The notes under the pieces are model-generated. The model did no database searches and had not been told where the DNA came from. It was given only the letters and a program-made list of their open reading frames with translations. Of a stretch of 64,000 nt of DNA, positions 1 to 13,177 are shown one piece after another; position 1 is the first letter of the stretch; the number at the start of each line of letters is the position of its first letter. This DNA is from Perna viridis (taxonomy: Eukaryota): assembly GCA_037379345.1 (NCBI GenBank), contig CM074517.1:21948001-22012000 (forward strand), written 5' to 3'. The position numbers and the translations under genes were made by a program.

Positions 1-467
1 CAATGACAAGAGAGCAACAAACAGATTCGGCTAAAGAATGAATCCTTTAGCCAAGTCAATTAAATTGCTATTTAAAACACACTATCTACTACAACGCAGG
101 TAGGCCATCCTGCAACATTTCCCCACCTTAAGAGTCTTCGTACCACTGACTCTAACACTAGCTCATTTTTTAGTTGGGCGCAAAATCCATCCTGCAACAT
201 TTCCCCACCTTAAGAGTCTTCGTACCACTGACTCTAACACTAGTTCATTTTTTAGTTGGGCGCAAAATGTAACGGCTAACGCCTAACGGGAGAGCATGAT
301 TTGACTCACAAAATTATACTCCACCATCGAGGATCGAACTCTAAACCGCTAGGTAATTAGCCAGCGACAAACTGATTCGACTAAAGAATTAACCCTTTAG
401 CCAAATCAATTAACTGGCTATTTACATCTCACTATATACTACAACGCAGGTAGGCAGTCCTGCCACA
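1..467 (-). mobile_element. Terminal-repeat retrotransposon in miniature (TRIM, non-autonomous LTR element), 3' LTR cut by the window edge
   Basis: 200-bp LTR at 268-467 bounded by TGT...ACA, with a diverged second copy at 1-117. On the - strand the 5' LTR is followed by TTTTGCGCCCAAC (close to the tRNA-Lys primer-binding site TGGCGCCCAAC), and the 3' LTR is preceded by the polypurine tract AAGGTGGGGAAA (129-118). The internal region is ~68 bp and lies within an 82-bp tandem duplication (105-186/187-268). Confidence 0.75.
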
Positions 468-1038
468 ATATAATATCATAAATACAAATTACATGAACAA
501 AAAAATTGGATACGACATTGAAGCAGAGCCAAAAAAATACCTTGTTGTGTAGACTTTGTTTTGTTCCTCACGAAGTGACAAAGGAATGAACATCGCTTCA
601 AACGTTGGCGAAAGACAATATCTTTGCAAGTTTGGGAAATTAAATTCATGGGCGCAGACATCTTGTAAAATAGTCTCAAATCTCGATACCGAATGTTGAT
701 AAATAAGTTCCTTAATTTTAGCCCATTATCATTTTTATACCATCAATTTACTGAAAATTACTTATCATTTCATCTAATTAAAGATTCTTGATTTAATATA
801 TGAAAACAAATTCTTTCTTTTTTCTGGAGATTATTTACCTATAATTATTACTTCCGGTAAAAAGAATAGCCGGTTGCACGCATCTCGTTTACTCTTTTGT
901 CAACTATCAACGCCCCTCTGTATAACAGGTCTAGCATAATTTCAGGAGGTTTCAGCAGACGTAACGAGACATAAACTTGACATCTGGTGTTGTCGATTTC
1001 TTTTTCATCGTGATACAAGGTGAAAACGAAAGTACGCG

Positions 1039-4000
1039 ATGCCTGGTGGCCGTGGCAGAAATCGGGGAGGCATGTTTGTCATCTGCGATATTTGTTCCTC
1101 AACGATATCTTCAGGTGCAGTATTAAACAAGTCGTCATTATTTTCCCAAAACGGCAGTTGGTGGGTGGGGGCTTATGAATGAATCAGATTACAGTGCACG
1201 TTTACAAAGAGTAATCAAGCCATTCAAGGGAACCAAGGTTATAGCGGTAATCAAAAGAATGCAATGCAGGGACAAAGACCAGACATGGAAAACAGACACA
1301 CACAACAAAGAACATATAGTTACCAAAACCATACATACAAAGTAACAAAAGTAAATGAACAAGTCGGACTCCACTAAAAACTGGGAACATGGACCAGGTG
1401 CACCGGTAGGGTAAGCGTCCTCTGTTTTTCTAGAAACGCCAATACAAAGAGTCCAATACAAATTATCTCCCTTTGTCAGATCAGGGAGAACCATAATCCC
1501 TTTTGGGATTCAGCGATCGGTGGTGGTCAAACAAAAAATATCTCCAACACTGAATCCCAAAATGGATTAGGAGAACCACTAATATTGACATATTATATCT
1601 CAGTTGACAAATAGGAGAGTTCACCAATCTCATTAGTGATGTCATATTTACTAATTTGCATATCATTGTGTAAAATTGCTTGGCAAATAAACAGTTGACA
1701 ATTTCATGATTAAAATCAGAATTTTCAAAACTTTATATAATTTTGTTATTTTTATCAAATTTTGGTTCTGTGAAATGTTTTGTTTAGATAAAATAATTTA
1801 TATTTTGTATGGGAATTTATAAGTCTTTTATTTGAAAAATGAATTTGAAATGATATTTAAATGTCAACCTCTTTTTTTCATATAAATTCATTTTTAAAAT
1901 GGTATGCTCATATAGTCTAATTACTGAATATTTTTTATAAAAAAAATTCCATGGATAAAATGAGTTTTATTGGCAATGTAAGGAACCAAAAGCATTTTTC
2001 AATTATCTTAAAGAATGAAAAAGTTGTGATGATTTAAAGTTGATGCCTTATGCTACTCAATGGATTTTTTTACAACCAAAACCAAATCATAGGTACATAT
2101 GAAGAACTCTTCACAAATTGGCATATTAGTGCTGCTTACAGGTATTAAAAAGTGCTTTAGTTTTCGAGTTTAATGGGTTTAGAGAGTAAACGGCTGTATC
2201 ATGTCAATGGAAAGATAAATCAGTTAAGTTTTTGAATATCGCACTATCAAAATTAAAAAGGGTAAAGTTATCTGCAATTTTGCATTAATTGGAGGAGGGG
2301 TTAGAGATCAGTCAATTTCATATTTAACAATTTTAGTGTAATTAGTAGTTAAAATATGTGAAAATTTAAAGCTTCAAACTCCATTTACAAAGCTTGGTTG
2401 CAGATCAAATAAAGAACTTTTGCTTATTTATTTGTAATTCAGTACAGAATATTCAGATGTACAATGTAATATTCTACTGTGTCTTATTTTCTCTTAATCT
2501 TTGAAAATGCACTAAAATGCAACCATTTTTAGAGACAATTTTGTTCTGTGATCAACTTTTGTCAGTAATAATGTTTTTGTTTTTTTTTTTTTACATTTTT
2601 GAAATTCTTAACATGTGATCATTACATGTTACCTGTTTTCCAATACCTACAATAAATGATTTCACTTAAATTACTTATCAAAGTGTATTGAGGGTTGGTT
2701 GATCTTTGACCCCTCCTCTAATTAATGCAAAATAGCAGAAAACTTTACCGCTTTTCAGTTTGAAAAGAATGATATTCAAAAACTACATTAATTTTTTTCC
2801 ACTGACATATAATATAGCCGTATACATGTACTCTTTAGGCCCATCAAAGTTCGTAAAATCCTTAGCCGTTTGCTGCACTATATAGGGAGATGTGTCAACT
2901 AACAAATAATTCACTATTTAAATAATTTAATCTTTGTCTGAGAATGGTGCGTCACTTTTCAAGACAAAACTCAATATGCATGGCCGTGTATGACCCTTAC
3001 TGAGCCCTATTAGGCTAATAGTACAATGTACATGTATTTTCAATTTGTCGGGGCATGCTGTATATTTTTAGCCTGCCTGATTACAATATTTCTTTTGTTG
3101 TATCAACTATTCCATTGACCTTAAATAATGATGATCAAGTGTTTAGATAGGGTCAGTATGCTCATATTCAATTGGACAATACCTGGCTTTTACCTGCTGA
3201 GTTAAAATTCATGTCCACTTGACTGCACACATTAATGATAATTAGAGTCATTGAAATGGATAAAATAGCAGTACATGTAGGTGAGCATACAAATGCAATT
3301 TTCATTTAAGTGGATATGATGGGTTAACATTTGGAACCTAAATCGACTGGAATGTCATCACCCCTCATCATGGTTTCCTGAAAAGAATGATCCATTTTTG
3401 GTTTAAGGTGGGTTTTTTTTTATTAGAGAAAATATTGAATTAGTACAGTACATTACACTCAGGGACCTTTGGACCAATTAATATGATATGACTTATGTCA
3501 GTCAATTGAATTTTTTTTCTGGATGGAATATGAGTGTTACACCCGCCCATTTGTGACATCGTTTATTTCAGTTGTTAATTGTGTATGGACAATTGGTGAA
3601 GTTAATCTCATTAATCTCTGCCTACTGTATGAACATTGGTATTATTATTAATCAGCAGGGTTCTTGAGGACCCTAGCTCCAGGGTCTCTGATCTCCTTTA
3701 TTCATTGGAGACCCCTAAAAATACAACAGGGCAGTCCAAGGGCTTGAGAATTGCAGAATATGATTACTTAACATGACATAAAATTAATTTGTCTCATTTG
3801 ATTGTTGAATCAAGCCATCAGCACACTAAAACATCAGTTGTGACAATTAGCATGTGGTATAAATTATAAAATAAATTGTCAACCCTTATAAATTATAGTC
3901 TGCGTTGTTTCTTAGTGTCTAAACATCCTAGTTGTTTATTGGAAATTAATTGACAGGTGTGTGTCAATGTTCGCCGATGCACAGCCACCTGTGACACTTT

Positions 4001-7000
4001 TAATTGCTTATGATAAGTCCTATCAAAGTCTTCTTGAGTCAAAATTGTTGCATAACTCCTTCTTAAATTTATTGCCCTTGAAAGGCATAATTTAATCATG
4101 TGAGTGATTCATGCTCCTGGGAGCCTCTTGTTTTATCTCGTTAGATTAATTACACAATTTATGAGAATGCTTCTGTTTAGATCAATAATTGCTTGGTTTT
4201 TGTTTTGTTTTCAAATTAAAGTTGGAATAATAAAGGCTGGATTCAGGCTCTTTAGAGCCTGTTGTTTACGAAATTAGTCATATCCTGGAAGCTACATGTA
4301 CATGTTGTACAATGTATAATGTTACATATGAATGATTAGACTTTACATCTTAGTACATGCAGTTAATGATATAAACTAAATTATTACAACGGAATTGTTT
4401 CCAGCACATTTCTTCTTATTTTTTCACATTCCACAACTACTAGTAGGAGGTACAATTCACTAATGATAATGATATGAACAGGAACAGTTTCTGGTGTGCA
4501 TGTATTAATTTTATTTTTAGCTGAAGAATATGACAGGCATATGGCTGGAAAGAAACACAATGAAAGACTTCAAGCCTATCTCGAAAAAAAGAGACTTGCT
4601 GAAAGCAGCATTTTTGTGAAAGGTTTTCCTGCAAGAACTGAGGAAAACGAAATGGCTATGTATTTTGGGAATTTTGGAATGGTCAGTAAAGTTGTATTTG
4701 AGGCCCCAGACAAGAAGCAAAAGGTAACTTTAAGCATACATGTATATATATAAGCTAAAAGTAGCAGAAAGTTTTGAGTTTTCTCTGATCAGTAATTTTG
4801 TTGTTACCCTTACTTGTTAAATGTTTTCTATCTACATCTTTTGCTTCTATCCAATGTATATCAAATAGGGGTATTTTTTGTTTTTCACGGCTTTCTAACT
4901 TTTATGCTTGGTGGGCAAACAGCTCGGGTAGATTAATTTACTTTAGAATGTAGGGGTACTTTTTGTTTTTAATGGCTTTCTAACTTTAATGCTTGGTGGG
5001 CAAGAGCTGTGGCAGATTAATTTACACCAGTATGTCTGTTGGATAACTTAAAGGATACATGGCTTGTCATAGTATCTTCTACAGTTTTTTGCCAAAGATC
5101 AAACACTGGTACCTGTGATTTCAGAGGGATTGATTGTTGTATTGTAGCCAATCAGAAGTTTGGGATGGCCAAACCATGAAATTTGGTTCCCAAGAAAAGG
5201 AGATTTCCTTTGATGTTTGTACTGAAAATCTCAAAACCATAAATTCAAGAATCCACAAACTTGTGTTTCTTCCCTAATCTTCTAAAATTGGTATCTACGA
5301 ATTAAGTACTTTCACAGTAGATGGCAATATTGGAAATGGTGCACTGCAGCAGAAACCCAGGAAAAAGTAATTTGGTTAAATCCAGCTATTTTCTTTCCTT
5401 TCAGCAAGTACCACCAAGATACTGCATCGTAGAATTCCAGAAAAAAGAAACTGCTAAAAATGCTGTAGATTATGAGCCTCACATACTTAACAGTTGTCGC
5501 TTGACTGTCAGGCCTAGAAGTTTTAAAGAACTTAAATTAACACCTTATTTCCCCTGGGAAAAAGAAAAAGAACAAAAGGAACAAGCAATGTTGCCCTGGA
5601 ACCAAATGGGAGGGGGTGATATGGGGGCCGGGCCTGGAGGACCACCTGAAAGTGGAATTCTTGGTAGAGGACCCCCTGGTTTTGGTGGCCCCGCTGGTGG
5701 ATTTGGTGGTCCCCCTGGAGAGGAGCAGTTCTACATGGATGATTTTGATCAGAGTGGCAACTTCAGAGGATTTGGTGGTCGTGGAGGTAGGAATTTCTGT
5801 ACAATGTTGTGATACATGTCCTTTAGGATAAAACTAATGGAGAAAAAGAATACCAGATGTATATGCCAACATTTTGTATTTTTTTATATTGGTGTGTTGC
5901 TATTGTTGTCATTTGTTTTGATTTATTATTATTTCAGGAATTTATATACGATATAATACAATATATGTATAAATAAGAGTGTCTCATAAATGTTACTCTA
6001 GGTCATTGACTATCATTGACATATGTTTTTTTTTTTAATCTCTATGCTTAATGTTGCTTAAATTTTAAATAATACTTAATGTACTCTCCAGGCCCTGGTT
6101 TTGGACCAAGACCTGGATTTGGAAGGGGAGGACCTCCATTTGGTCGTGGGGGTCTTGGTGGTCGTGGAGGTTTAATGGGCTCAGCACCTGGAGTTTACCC
6201 AGGTATGAGCTTTGGTCCTCCAGGTGGTGACAGACCACCACCTAAACCATTACTTGACCTAAACACTGGAAGTGGTTTTAAGAGAATGAAGGGAATGCCA
6301 TCACTGCCTGGTATGGGAAAAAAAGCCAGAAAGGGTAGAGGAGCTGATGATCCACAAGATCCCTTGCCTATCTCTGTACCAGAACTAAAAAAGAAATTCT
6401 CAGAGAGTACATGCATTACAGTAAGTAGTCTTAGATCATTTCATGCTTAGGTGTTAAGTCTCCCACTATTTCACGAAAAATTCAACAATCTCCTGCCTAC
6501 ATGCTGCATTAAAGCAGAAGATTTAGCCAGAAATTTCTCTCAGATTATTATAAATTTGGGCTTAAAATATAAGTAAATTACTTAATTCTTATCAAAACAA
6601 ATTCAATTGTATATTTGTACGTAGGTGTTAACCTTTATAAAATCTATAATGGGAGATTTCCCTCTCATAGCTTTTGTCAAAGCAGGGGATCTAATATATC
6701 ATGTTAAAAGTACACGTCACTATATAATAAATAATTTATTTATGTTAAGTAAATTACGACTTAAGTAAATTATTTATTAAATTGTGACATGTGCTTTTAA
6801 CATAATATATTCACATATTTACAAATATAGTCAACACCTGGCCCGGTGGACCTTTAAGGCACCTTAAAAAATTCAGCATTTTCATGATTGTCGTGATCAC
6901 TCTCATAAAATAAACTTTAGTTTATTTAGGCTTCATGTAAATCTTATTAAGAAAGAGGCCAAATTGATATTTTGTATGCTATTTTTAGATTCAGTCCCAG

Positions 7001-10000
7001 ATGCAGCTACTGGTTGATACAATTCAAGCTTCTCCTGAAGAGTTGCAGCAAAGATACTATATCTGTAAAGTTTTAGAGCAGGCTTTGACTCCATTCTTTC
7101 CAGGTATGTGTATATAAACTGATTTTATGGATAGGTATGGTGCTTCATTAGTGCTGTGCTGTTACCTTGAATCTGTTTGATAAAAGTTCATCAAATATAC
7201 AAAAAGCACAAGTTATTACTTTATTTCCATTTGTGCAGGAAAATTTGAAGAATTATTATCTACATACAAATGTGTAGCGCCATTTTTTTTTTAACAAAAC
7301 AGTGTGATTTTAGTTGACTGGGTTTGTTTTAATGTCAGCATTGGAGGACTTACTAAGTTGTATACATGTACCTGTGTTGTTATGACAGGTGTGACTGTGA
7401 ATCAGTTTGGTTCATCGGTTAATGGCTTTGGTTTAAAAGGCTGTGACATGGATGTGTACATTGCATTGGACTCCATTGGGATATCAGTCCGTAGTGGTGT
7501 AAGTACATACAGCTTTACTATCATTTTTACCTAAAAGTGTCCTTAATTGCTCTAATTGTTTTGGGTCAATGGAGTATTCATTCTTCAAAAAATACATTTA
7601 AGGTCATAGGTCATAACATTACATTTAAATTTCAAGATGAGTTTGTCTTACATTTTGCACATTTAAATACATATATTTTTTTGACAATTATATTACAATA
7701 TTCGACTGTCCTTCCATTCACTCAAAAACATTTCAAAACACTTAGATTCATCTTCAAAAATGGTACAAGGTTTTGTCTCCATTGGTGGGAGATATGTCTC
7801 CAGTTTTAATTTTTTTGGTCCTTTTTTTATTCAGAGTTATCCTGCCAAAGACACAGTAAAATGGGGCACAAGTAAATAAGTAGCTCTATTAATGGTAACC
7901 AATGCTATTTGTGTATTTAATTACAGAAAGTTGACCTACCATACACTAGGGATGTTCACTCTCTGAAGAAACATTCAGGTCCCCTCACCCAAGCTGATGT
8001 TGATGGCATGACCAATGGTGACAAGGGCAAACTGATTTCCCGTATTTTGATTGAGCATGCTCCAGCCTGCAGCAATACACAAGTCATCCCTAGCAACCGC
8101 TGTCCAATTGTTCGATTCAAACATGAGTCATCTGGAATCAAATGTGATCTGTCTATTGATAACAAGTAGGTACTGATTATCATGGTTAAATGTGTATGAA
8201 ACAAAAACAATATTCATTCAGACTTTTTATATTTTTTTACTTAGACATTAAGTAGAAGTTACACTTAATCTTTCTACAGTAAATTTACTTATTTTTGCGT
8301 GCAATTTATTTTTGCTGATTTACTACCATTATGGCATGACTGTTATATTTTTTCGGTCTATGAAGAAATAACCTCAGTCACGTGTGCACACATATTAACC
8401 TGAGGAGCAGGTTATTTTCAAGTGTGCAGATTTTGTTTCCAATCAGAAAGCGTGTTTCTTCTGAAATTAAATTATTTAAAAAGACTACATTTTGGTGAAA
8501 GAGTAATCAAGGGAACCAAGGTTATAGCGGTAATCAAAAGAATGTAATCCAGGGACAAAGACCAGACATGGAAAACAGACATACACAACAAAGAACATAA
8601 AGTAACTAAAATCATACATATAAAGTAACAAAAGCAAAAACAAAAATATAAATCACAAAAATCTGAATCAATAAAAATATAAAAATATAAATCACAGAGA
8701 ATATAAATCAACAAAAATGTAAATCACAAAAATCTTAATCAAGAAATTTATAAATCACAAAAATATAAATCAATAAAAATAAATTGGTTTACAGTATTTG
8801 TTGAACAATGTGTTTCATTTTTGTTTACACCTGACATTTTATATGTGGAATTTTATTAATACATTAAAAGTGGCTTGTCATTCTCAAAACATTTCTCTTC
8901 ACCTTATATCTTGACATACTGTTAATCTTTCAAGTGTGTGAAACCCAGATTTACAATAAAATAAATGCTTCTCTCTGTGTTTAGTTTTCTGGTGTATTCG
9001 AGAATTGAGGGTTACCTAAATTTATTATATAGGAGCAATGTTTGGTATTTTAACAAGTTGTGTTCCAGAAATGATTGGTGTTTGAGTCATCCAAGTGACA
9101 GTATATACTAGATAGTCAATACAGTATAGAATTTTAACATGATTTCAGGCTTTGCTGATGATTGACAGAGCTTTTGTATGCAAATTTAATTCATTTTTTT
9201 GGTAGTGCAATGTTACAAGTTGCATCCTATCATAGAATGACAGAAAAATATGGACCAAACTTTTTAATCTTTGGTAGAGTCAACAAAACAGTTTAATAGC
9301 CCAAAATATGAAAATTTCTTTTGAGATAAATGTGTGTTGTAAAAGTGTTACAAAATGCTGATGCCTGTACTGTCGGGACATGAGACTTCCTTTAACACAC
9401 CATTTAGTTCAAACAATCACATCCTATCTGCATATATCACCTCCAAAATAGGTCACTACCAACAGGAAGATTTTGAGCCATTCATGTTTTGGCGGAGGAT
9501 GTACATGTACGTATGTAGGATTTCACTGATGCTCCTTCCCAATAAAATTGGTGTTAAGAGGAATTAGCTTACATGTCTTCACATTTCTTTTCAGACTTGC
9601 TTTACAGAACACTAGACTTCTACAAGCATTCAGCCAATATGATCCTCGCATCAAGCCTCTTGTGTATGCCATCCGTTACTGGGGCAGACTAAAACATTTA
9701 GCTGGTAACATCAAGACTGGGCCAAGAATGTCTAATTATGCTTTGACACTAATGGTTATATACTATCTACAGAATACCAATCCTAGGACGTTACCAACAG
9801 TCCAGCAACTCTCTGATTTGTCTAGTAAGTCTGGCACCAGAGCCTTTCAGTTTTATACCATCTCTTAATCCTTAAGATGTAATGTAAACCATGAAATTTT
9901 CTCAGCAGTTTTATTTTCACTATTTTCGCAGTAATACCTGAAATATTGTGATTTTTTTTTTCAAAGAACATGATACATGTACTATAATTTGGGTAAAGAT

Positions 10001-13000
10001 CGTAAACTTAAAACTGTGGGAAAGTAAATTGGTCACAGAAAGTGTGAAAAAAGATGCTGTGAAAATTTCTGGGTTTACAGTACTCCTTGGAAAATGAAAT
10101 GATTTAAAGTTTTGTATATATATATAATCAGCATAGGTATGATTGAGGTATCATTTCCCTTTGTTTCCAAATTAAGTGATGAATTAGTTGATTTATTGTC
10201 ACTTATGGATAAAATTTAAGATTCAATTTTATTATTTTAGATGCCAAGACTGTAGTTAATGGATGGGACTGTTCATTTGTGTCTTCTAATTTTATTCCAC
10301 CTTCTCACAATGTTCAGACTTGTGGTGAGTATAGAAAAGTGAAATTTTCCATTAAAATACACAAAAGGCTTGTAAAATTATCATAAAACACAGAACAAAT
10401 GTGTGTGTGTGTTTTTTTAATATTTTTTAAATACCTGATATATGTGCTGTTTTTGATAAATGAGATGTTTTAAAATACATAATATACAATAAACAATTCA
10501 AAGCTAAAATTAAGGAATTGTCAAGTTAATGTTCAGAATTATCTCCCTTTGTGTACATCCTTTGTAGTAAGCCATTACTTGATAAACAAGTTAACAGTTG
10601 TTTTTGAAGCCGTCTTAATTTGATTGCATGGGTTTACTATGGATGATGTACATATGTACTTAAATCATTTGTTTTTACAGAGGAGCTGCTTGCTGGATTC
10701 TTCAAGTTCTTCTCACAATTTGATTTCAAGGCCAATGCTCTAAGTCTCAGAACTGGCACTGTTTTACCAGTTGCTAAGATTACACTTGAAAACACCATGA
10801 AGGTAACTGCAACCACAGAATTTCCTTGGGCACATGTGCCATATGTGTACAATGACACATATGCAGATACCAGGAAATGGTTACTGTGGCTATTTTATTT
10901 CTATGCATTTTGTACACATGAATTTCCTTTCCCCCAAAGTGTCTTGCAGTACATGATGCAAATGTGTACAGTTGCACATGGTTCCATAATGCAGGATTTT
11001 GGCATTAAATATCTAAATTGTACACAAATGAAATTTACTTTATTATTTTGGCATTTTTATGACCCTGATGTGTATGTAGTAAAAGTGTGCTAGCTTCAAA
11101 CACAACAATCGGGCATTTGATGTTTTCAAAATTATTGAGCACACAATCCCTATTTAATTTTTAGAACCTGGCATGTGTAGCTCTGTGTACTTGTTACATA
11201 TGTAATACGGGGAAAAGTACATGAAATGAAAACAATAGCATTTCAGTGTGGTTTATCGTCATCTGTTCTGTAGATTATTGTGAGAGAGTGGAGTTGCTTT
11301 CTGTAGCATTCATAATGTGCAATGTTTGCAATAGAAAATATGTTTCATGAAAAGCCACTTATTTTGCTGGATTTGTTTGTATTTTGGAGAGAAAACAAAT
11401 TTGCTAAAGTGCTTATTGTAATTTTTAATGTAAGGTTCTTTGAACTTAAGATGTTTTTAATTGTGTCAACTTACAGCTTTCTTTATGGTACAAAACTTCT
11501 TCTTCAGGATTAAAGAAAAATCTTTATAACATTTTTAATTCAATCAGTGTTAATTGTAAAAATATCACATTGTATTTTCAGGTGCAAAATATTGACCATA
11601 TTATTGTTTTTGTGATTTGTTTTTCTTGATTGTCTTTTATGAAAAAAAGAAAAACATTCTTCTTGCTTTCATGATATGTATTTCAATAAAAGAGAAAAAC
11701 AAATTTTAATACTCCTACAAATTTATATTTAAGAAATGTCTTTTATTTTCCACCAGCAATAGTAGAGAAATTAAAGCTGTGTTAAAGTGCTGTTTCAGAA
11801 TTTTTATTTAGATATTTAGATGGAATGTACCTGTTTTAGAAAACCTGTTCAATTTGTAATTCATAAATGTTATTATTTGCTGCTTACTAAAACACTTTTG
11901 TACATAAGAAATTTTAATTGGTGCTTAAAATGACCCAATTATAAAGATTTTGAAGAGTGGTCCTCAAAAAAGCATAACTCTTCTTAAAAGTATTTATTAT
12001 GTTCTATTTTGCTTGCTTTTTCTATTGTCTGAACTAATATTGAATTACTTACAATGATTCAATTCTTCACTTCCTAAGACAAGATTAGTGTCAGAAAATC
12101 AGTCAATAGTAAAAGTTTGCTGTAATAATTTTAGATGGTCAGAGGATATACACCAGTAAACATTCCTTTAACCTCTATGATATGTTTCAGATTGGTCCTA
12201 TCAACATCCAGGACCCATTTGTACTTGACCACAATGTTGCCCAGAACATTAACGAAACAATCCGAGACCTATTCATACGAGAATTAAGTATAGCAGCTTA
12301 CAAGGCAGAGAGGTGGCAAGCCATTGAGTTTGCCCAGACCAAGAACCTTATCGATGTCTTGGATGACAGGATTCCAGAAGGCTTTGATGAGTCACTAGCC
12401 TTGTCTGGTGTTCCAGGAATGAAGCTTGGAGAGTATCAGTTTGTTGTGGAGCTGAAGGCTCCTTCCCTGTCACCACAAATGCTGCGTTCATTGGAGTCTG
12501 AAGGTGACCTTTATACAGCATGGAGCAAGAGAATGATTAGCTTTATATACAACGCTATAGAGAAAGTTTTAATGTTTGACTGTGAGGTTATTGCTACAAA
12601 TGTGTCTGATATTGCTGTAAAATCTAGAAAATATGACCATGCTGAGAGGTCGGAAAAGAGCCTACAAAGAGGAATGAAACGATCAAGGCAGGCCATGGAA
12701 GATGGCGGAGAAGGTGAGATTGGCGGTAAGGGTGAAGACGAGGGTGGAGCCAAAGGTGAGTGTGAGAGTGAGGGCACTGCCATGAATGTTGATCAACAGG
12801 AAACATATGATCCGAAGGCAGAGTTGTATAGTGATGCTCAGTTCTTTATAGACATGAATTCTTACATTATGTGTAGAATTTGGGCTGAAAGAAAGAAGAT
12901 TGGTAATATACTGAAGGAGCGTGGATACGGAGAGAGTATTGAGTTGGAACAAACAATCTCTGAGAGATTATACTATGATAACCATTATGATGGAAAGTCA

Positions 13001-13177
13001 CCAATTATGGAAATGAGAATTATTTTGAAATCAATGATCTTGAACAACCGAGCCGAGATCTTAGTTGATGTCTCTGGTCCTCCAGGTCAGAGTGAATATC
13101 ACTGTGTATATCATTACCTAAAGAAATTTGTTCTCAAGATGGTCGACAAGTTCTTTGTTCCAGGCACTGACAAATGA
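1039..13177 (+). CDS. TUT1: U6 snRNA terminal uridylyltransferase / Star-PAP, 11 coding exons, ~958 aa
   Basis: Exons 1039-1114, 4521-4723, 5405-5786, 6092-6420, 6989-7103, 7389-7498, 7927-8165, 9595-9824, 10241-10324, 10681-10802, 12191-13177; all GT-AG, phases consistent, 2877 nt in total. Domain order is that of TUT1: matrin-type C2H2 finger (CDIC...HMAGKKH), RRM (SIFVKGF; YCIVEF), nucleotidyltransferase core (FGSSVNGFGLKGCDMD; CDLSIDN), SNYALTLMVIYYLQ, GWDCSF, nucleotide-recognition motif QDPFVLDHNVA, then a C-terminal KA1-like region. Confidence 0.93.
1206..1440 (-). mobile_element. 3' non-coding end of a Penelope-like retroelement, in TUT1 intron 1
   Basis: Highly similar to 52933-53190, which continues directly into a Penelope-like RT frame. 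Other copies at 8497-8635, 39652-39840 (opposite orientation) and 42455-42780. Confidence 0.75.
2171..2848. repeat. Diverged long inverted repeat (~140-bp arms), possibly an old foldback element/MITE
   Basis: 2171-2310 (...TTTTGCATTAATTGGAGGAGGGGTTAGAGATCA) is the approximate reverse complement of 2700-2848 (TGATCTTTGACCCCTCCTCTAATTAATGCAAAA...). Confidence 0.7.
4866..5025. repeat. Two-copy tandem duplication, ~85-bp unit
   Basis: TAGGGGGTA.TTTTTGTTTTT.A.GGCTTTCTAACTTT.ATGCTTGGTGGGCAA...AGATTAATTTAC occurs at ~4866 and ~4951. Confidence 0.8.
8275..8796. mobile_element. MITE-like element with TAC(A/T)GTAAA...TTTACAGTA termini, containing a nested Penelope-like 3' fragment (8497-8635) and an AAATATAAATCA-type repeat array
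   Basis: Imperfect terminal inverted repeats. Related termini occur at ~9881-10082 and ~58524-58702. Confidence 0.5.

Noticed and set aside
325-400. Functional tRNA gene on the - strand
   Set aside because: No acceptor stem or proper D-arm; kept only as a tRNA-like segment within an LTR.
1189-1494. Hydrophobic 101-aa ORF and similar ORFs at 8472-8714, 39592-39852 and 53053-53268, resembling a small membrane-protein family
   Set aside because: All lie in the T-rich non-coding 3' end of the Penelope-like repeat; their similarity comes from the repeat.
12511-12952. Antisense ORFs over the last TUT1 exon (likewise over the TRIM and mucin exons)
   Set aside because: Shadow frames of real coding sequence with no independent motifs.
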